The notes under the pieces were generated by a model, which was not told where the DNA came from, did no database searches, and was given only the letters and a program-made list of their open reading frames with translations. 47,537 nt of DNA, from IMG/VR virus record IMGVR_UViG_3300017700_000726, positions 1-47,537 of that record. One strand, given 5' to 3'. The stretch comes from a virus. Lineage: Duplodnaviria; Caudoviricetes. This document shows, piece after piece, positions 43,498-47,537 of this stretch; the first letter of the stretch is position 1; every line of letters starts with the position of its first letter. The translations under genes were made by a program, and so were the position numbers.

Positions 43498-44901
43498 ATG
43501 CAAATGCAACTCGCCAAACGTACTGACATCGTTATCCGCCCCGACCGTCAGCGCAAAGTGTTCGACCCGATGCACGTCCAGGAAATGTCCACCGGGATTC
43601 AAGCCAAGGGGCTACTGCACGCGCCAGTCATGCGTGAGGAAGATGGCAAGCTCATTCTTGTCGCTGGCGAAACCCGCATCATGGCTATCGACAACATGTG
43701 GATGCTGGGCGGGCAGCTCCGCTATAACAACCAGATCGTACCGGAAGGGTTTATCCCCTACGTTACACTTGGCCAGCTCTCGCCACTGGAAGCCGAAGAA
43801 GCGGAACTCGAAGAAAACATTCGTCGCACGCCGCTGACGTGGCAGGAATCCGCAAACGCCATGGCAAAGCTCCACCGCATCCGCAGCGCCCAAGCCCAAG
43901 CCGAAGGCCGCGTGCACACCGTCGCTGACACGGCGATGGAAATCAAAGGCCGCTCGGAAGGCTCCTACCAGGAAGGCGTCCGCAAGGAACTTGTCGTGAG
44001 CAAGTACATGCACAACCCTGCAGTCATGAAAGCGAAAGACGTCAATGAAGCTTACAAGATTATCAAAAAAGTCGAAGCACAAGAAAAGAACCTTGCGAAC
44101 GCAGCGATTGTTGGTACGACCTTCAACGCTAGTGTTCACAAAGCCCACAACGTTAACTGCATCAGCTGGATGGGAGCGTGCCAGCCCGAGACATTCGACG
44201 TCATACTTACTGATCCCCCTTATGGCATGGGGGCTGATTCCTTCGGTGATGGCGGCGGAGGGCGTCTGGCCAACAACGAGCACCATTACAAGGACGATTA
44301 CGACCACTGGAAAGCCCTGATGGAAGCGTGGTGCCCGTTGAGCTACCGCGTGGCGAAGCCGCAAGCGCACGCCTACGTGTTTTGCGACATCGACAATTTC
44401 CACGAACTCAAACGCATGATGCAGGCCGCTGGCTGGTACGTGTTCCGCACGCCATTCATTTGTACGAAGCCAGGTTCCGGTCGCGTGCCACTGCCGTTTG
44501 AAGGCCCGCGTCGCCAGTACGAAACGCTGCTCTACGCTATCAAAGGCAAGAAGCAAGTCACCGCGATCTACCCTGATGTTCTGACCAGCTACGCCGACGC
44601 CAACATGACGCACGGTGCGCAGAAGCCTGTCGAGTTGTTCGAGCAACTCCTGGTGCGCAGCGTTCGTGCGGGCGACAAGGTTCTGGACTCATTCGCCGGT
44701 AGCGGCACGCTGGTTCCTGCCTGCCACAAGTACAAGTGCGAAGCCACGGTGCTGGAACTCAACCCGGAATACTTCAGCATGATCCACCAGCGTATGCAAA
44801 GCCTGGACTCGATCGTTCCTGCTGATGTGGTCAATGCCGGTACGGCGGCAGACGGCGACCGCATGGCGAAGGAACTGCAATCACTGATGGGGGGTGTGTG
44901 A
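43498..44901 (+). CDS. ParB-like (CTPase domain plus HTH) fused to a beta-class N4-C/N6-A DNA methyltransferase
   Basis: RQRKVF, GLLHAP, LVAGETRIMA, EENIRR..LTWQE; then ILTDPPYG, HGAQKP and VLDSFAGSGT (motif IV before motif I). Confidence 0.88.
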   Translation: MQMQLAKRTDIVIRPDRQRKVFDPMHVQEMSTGIQAKGLLHAPVMREEDGKLILVAGETRIMAIDNMWMLGGQLRYNNQIVPEGFIPYVTLGQLSPLEAEEAELEENIRRTPLTWQESANAMAKLHRIRSAQAQAEGRVHTVADTAMEIKGRSEGSYQEGVRKELVVSKYMHNPAVMKAKDVNEAYKIIKKVEAQEKNLANAAIVGTTFNASVHKAHNVNCISWMGACQPETFDVILTDPPYGMGADSFGDGGGGRLANNEHHYKDDYDHWKALMEAWCPLSYRVAKPQAHAYVFCDIDNFHELKRMMQAAGWYVFRTPFICTKPGSGRVPLPFEGPRRQYETLLYAIKGKKQVTAIYPDVLTSYADANMTHGAQKPVELFEQLLVRSVRAGDKVLDSFAGSGTLVPACHKYKCEATVLELNPEYFSMIHQRMQSLDSIVPADVVNAGTAADGDRMAKELQSLMGGV

Positions 44902-45092
44902 TGGAAAATTCCTGGGACGATTCCACCAGTGCTATCCCTTGCCCCGAGCTGGCCCAGCTCACCATGCCCTGCAAAAACTGCCACGCAACCGGCACCATCT
45001 TCAAGGGCAAATCCCTCAAGGTTGGCAACAGCACCAAGTGCCCTGTCTGCAAAGGCAGCTGCAAGGTTCCTTATGAAGGGAAACAGCCATAA
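44898..45092 (+). CDS. Small DnaJ-type zinc-finger protein
   Basis: CKNCHATG and CPVCKGS. Confidence 0.6.
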   Translation: MMENSWDDSTSAIPCPELAQLTMPCKNCHATGTIFKGKSLKVGNSTKCPVCKGSCKVPYEGKQP

Positions 45093-47476
45093 TGGCCATT
45101 CATCCAACTGGACCTCACAACGCCAAGATCATGCTCGTCGGCGAGTTCCCCCACGAGCAGGACCTGCTGAACTCCGCCCCATTCGTCGGCGGCCCCGGCT
45201 ACGAACTCCGCAAGATGCTGCAGGAAGTCGGCCTCTACTTCGAGTCCTGCTACGTCACCATGGTGATGAAAGACCGCATCCCAGCCAGCAAGGTCGAGAA
45301 CATCATCGCCCTCAAGAAAAAGGACATCACTCATGCTCACACTCTGTACAACGGTAAATACGTTCTACCATCAGTGGTGGCGGCAGTGGAGCAACTGCGC
45401 GGTGAGATCGAACGGGTCAAGCCCAACGTGGTCATTACGTTCGGGAACCTCGCTCTGTGGGCGCTTACGGGCGAATGGGGGGCAACCTCCTGGCGAAGCA
45501 GTATTATGGAATCCACACTGGTGGCCGGGCAAAAGGTCATACCAACCATCAGTCCCGCTATGGTCATGCCGCAATGGAAGCTACGACCATTACTGGTACA
45601 TGACCTGGCACGCGCCAAGAAACAGTCCGCCTTTCCTGAGATTAAGCGGACTCCCTATAACTTTCTGATTCGGCCCACCTTCGAGCAGGCCAAGGCTTCC
45701 CTCGGCTCCATGATTGACGCAGCATATGCCTATCCCGAAGCTGGCCAAATGAAGGTTGGCGGCGACATCGAAACACGCGCCGGGCATATCAGCTGCATCG
45801 CATTCGCCAAGTCCAAAACCGACGCCATCTGCATCCCGTTCATGCAATCCGGCAAAGCAGAAGGTTACTGGACAGCCGAAGAGGAAGCAGAGCTTGTCTT
45901 CCTCATTTACAAACTCTGCCGGGAAGTCACGATCGTCGGACAGAACTGGAACTACGACGCGCAGTACTTCTACCGCTGGTGGCACTTCATCTGTCCTTCT
46001 GTTAAGGACACGATGATTCAACAGCATTCCTGTTTCAGTAACCTGGAAAAAAATCTTGCCTTCCTCTCGTCGATGTACCTGGATGATCACCTCTATTGGA
46101 AAGATGACAGGACCAACTGGACGGAAGGCCCGACCGGCGAGGGTGAAGACAAGTACTGGATATACAATTGTACTGATGCGGTACGTACCCTCGCGATTGA
46201 GGAAGTACTATGCTCCGTCGTCAAAGCGCTTGGTGTCCAGGAGGTTGATGACTTCCAGCAGAGACTGGCCCCACGAGTACTAAAAACCATGAACCGTGGC
46301 CTGCGCGTAGACATGAAAGAGCGTCTCCGCTTCGCCATGCAAACCCAGCAGGAAGTCCTCTCCCGCGAACAGTGGATGCTCGCTGTCCTGGGCCGTCAGA
46401 TCAACATCAAGTCCCCGAAGCAAATGGCCGATTTCTTCTACCGCGAAATGGGGCTGAAAGAGATCATCAACAAGAAAACTGGTGGAGCAACCACAAATGA
46501 CGAAGCTCTTCATCGCATCGCAGCGCGCGAACCTATTCTCTTACCTGTTACGCGAAAAATCTCGGAACTCCGTAGTCTGGGAGTTTTTTATTCTACCTTC
46601 ATCCAAGCTCCCTTGGACACTGACGGAAGAATGCGATCTAGCTTTAATGTCTGCGGTACAGACACTTACCGCTTTTCCAGTCGGGAAAACGCCTTCGGTA
46701 CTGGGGCTAACCTGCAGAATATCCCTAAAGGAGGGGAGACTGAGGATGAAGGTCTTGAACTTCCAAACATACGTACCCTGTATATTCCCGACCCAGGGTA
46801 TACGTTCTTCGACATTGACCTGGACTCCTCCGATCTGCGGGTCGTGACTGGCGAGAGCAATTGCCAGTGGATGCTGGATCACTTCAAGAACAAGCGTAAG
46901 CCTTACATTGAGGTAATGCGGGAGTACTTCCACGACCGTACTATGACCAAGGACAGCCATCCTTTCGAATACGGACAGTTCAAAGCCTTGTGTCACGGGA
47001 CTAACTATCTCGGCACGGCGGCAGGTATCGCGCCGCGCATCGGCCTCAACGTCCACGAAACTGACAAAATCCAGAAGTGGTACTATGGCATGTGCCCTGA
47101 AATCAAAAAGTGGCAGGAGGATGTCAAAAAGCAAGTTACCAAACGCCGCTGGATTCAAAACGTCTTTGGCTACAAGTTCCACTTTTTCGACCGGATTGAA
47201 GGGACGATTTTCAATCAAGCTGTAGCATGGATCGGACAGTCCACAACTGGCTGCTTGATTAACAGGGCCTATGCCAACATCGATGACAATTTGCCGGAAG
47301 TTGAGATTCTGCTGCAAGTGCATGATTCACTGGCAGGGCAGTTCGAAAGCCATCACGGCGACTGGGCCTTGCGTCGGATCGTGGAAGAGTGCCAGATTGT
47401 GCTGCCGTACGAAACTCCGCTAATCATACCTGTCGGCATAGTCAGCAGCAAGCAATCCTGGGGGGCATGTGAATAA
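45092..47476 (+). CDS. polA: Family A DNA polymerase with N-terminal UDG-like domain and 3'-5' exonuclease
   Basis: IMLVGEFP..PFVG (UDG family 4-like); Exo I DIET, II NWNYD, III YNCTD; NLQNIP; motifs A DLDSSDLR, B KALCHGTNY, C VHDS. Confidence 0.92.
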   Translation: MAIHPTGPHNAKIMLVGEFPHEQDLLNSAPFVGGPGYELRKMLQEVGLYFESCYVTMVMKDRIPASKVENIIALKKKDITHAHTLYNGKYVLPSVVAAVEQLRGEIERVKPNVVITFGNLALWALTGEWGATSWRSSIMESTLVAGQKVIPTISPAMVMPQWKLRPLLVHDLARAKKQSAFPEIKRTPYNFLIRPTFEQAKASLGSMIDAAYAYPEAGQMKVGGDIETRAGHISCIAFAKSKTDAICIPFMQSGKAEGYWTAEEEAELVFLIYKLCREVTIVGQNWNYDAQYFYRWWHFICPSVKDTMIQQHSCFSNLEKNLAFLSSMYLDDHLYWKDDRTNWTEGPTGEGEDKYWIYNCTDAVRTLAIEEVLCSVVKALGVQEVDDFQQRLAPRVLKTMNRGLRVDMKERLRFAMQTQQEVLSREQWMLAVLGRQINIKSPKQMADFFYREMGLKEIINKKTGGATTNDEALHRIAAREPILLPVTRKISELRSLGVFYSTFIQAPLDTDGRMRSSFNVCGTDTYRFSSRENAFGTGANLQNIPKGGETEDEGLELPNIRTLYIPDPGYTFFDIDLDSSDLRVVTGESNCQWMLDHFKNKRKPYIEVMREYFHDRTMTKDSHPFEYGQFKALCHGTNYLGTAAGIAPRIGLNVHETDKIQKWYYGMCPEIKKWQEDVKKQVTKRRWIQNVFGYKFHFFDRIEGTIFNQAVAWIGQSTTGCLINRAYANIDDNLPEVEILLQVHDSLAGQFESHHGDWALRRIVEECQIVLPYETPLIIPVGIVSSKQSWGACE

Positions 47477-47537
47477 CGCCGAGTTCATCAAGCAGTATTA
47501 CGGCATATGGGAGGCCGCGCCCGATCCCATGCTTGCC
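47415..47537. repeat. Terminal direct repeat, right copy (circular-assembly overlap)
   Basis: Identical to 1-123. Confidence 0.95.

Noticed and set aside
47415-47537. 123-bp terminal repeat as a biological direct terminal repeat
   Set aside because: It falls inside the polymerase 3' end and the next ORF, so it is best explained as assembler overlap of a circular contig.
1-47537. Prophage or temperate lifestyle module
   Set aside because: No integrase, CI-like repressor, ParA, plasmid Rep or flanking host genes were recognised.

Overview
The window is an apparently complete, circularly assembled tailed-phage genome. Bases 1-123 repeat at 47415-47537, giving a unit length of 47,414 bp. It has podovirus-type architecture with two transcription arms. 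The minus-strand arm (22.1 kb down to 0.67 kb) carries two TerS-like paralogues, TerL, portal, a GroES-like co-chaperonin, scaffold, capsid, P22/T7-type tail and ejection proteins, a beta-helix tailspike and a lysis cassette. The plus-strand arm (23.2 kb to 47.5 kb, wrapping to 462) carries many small early genes, a Dda-like helicase, a GHKL ATPase, a Cas4-like nuclease, a P-loop ATPase, an SSB-like protein, an HslV-like protease, a ParB-methyltransferase fusion and a family A DNA polymerase with a UDG-like N-terminus. I recognised no integrase, repressor, RNA polymerase or primase. The most striking unexplained features are: (i) 14 copies of a 42-bp degenerate palindrome, RTTYYRYSCKCRCRTTAC-N6-GTAAYGYGMGSRYRRAAY, spread round the genome almost always between genes; (ii) two perfect and one near-perfect bacterial chromosomal parS sites clustered in the early region, in a genome that also encodes a ParB-CTPase/HTH domain fused to a DNA methyltransferase; (iii) a GATAG-rich non-coding region at the divergence point, a malformed tRNA-like element, a candidate structured RNA, and a 'DSDALL' tail motif shared by three proteins. 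All functional calls come from motif recognition by eye; no database search was run.
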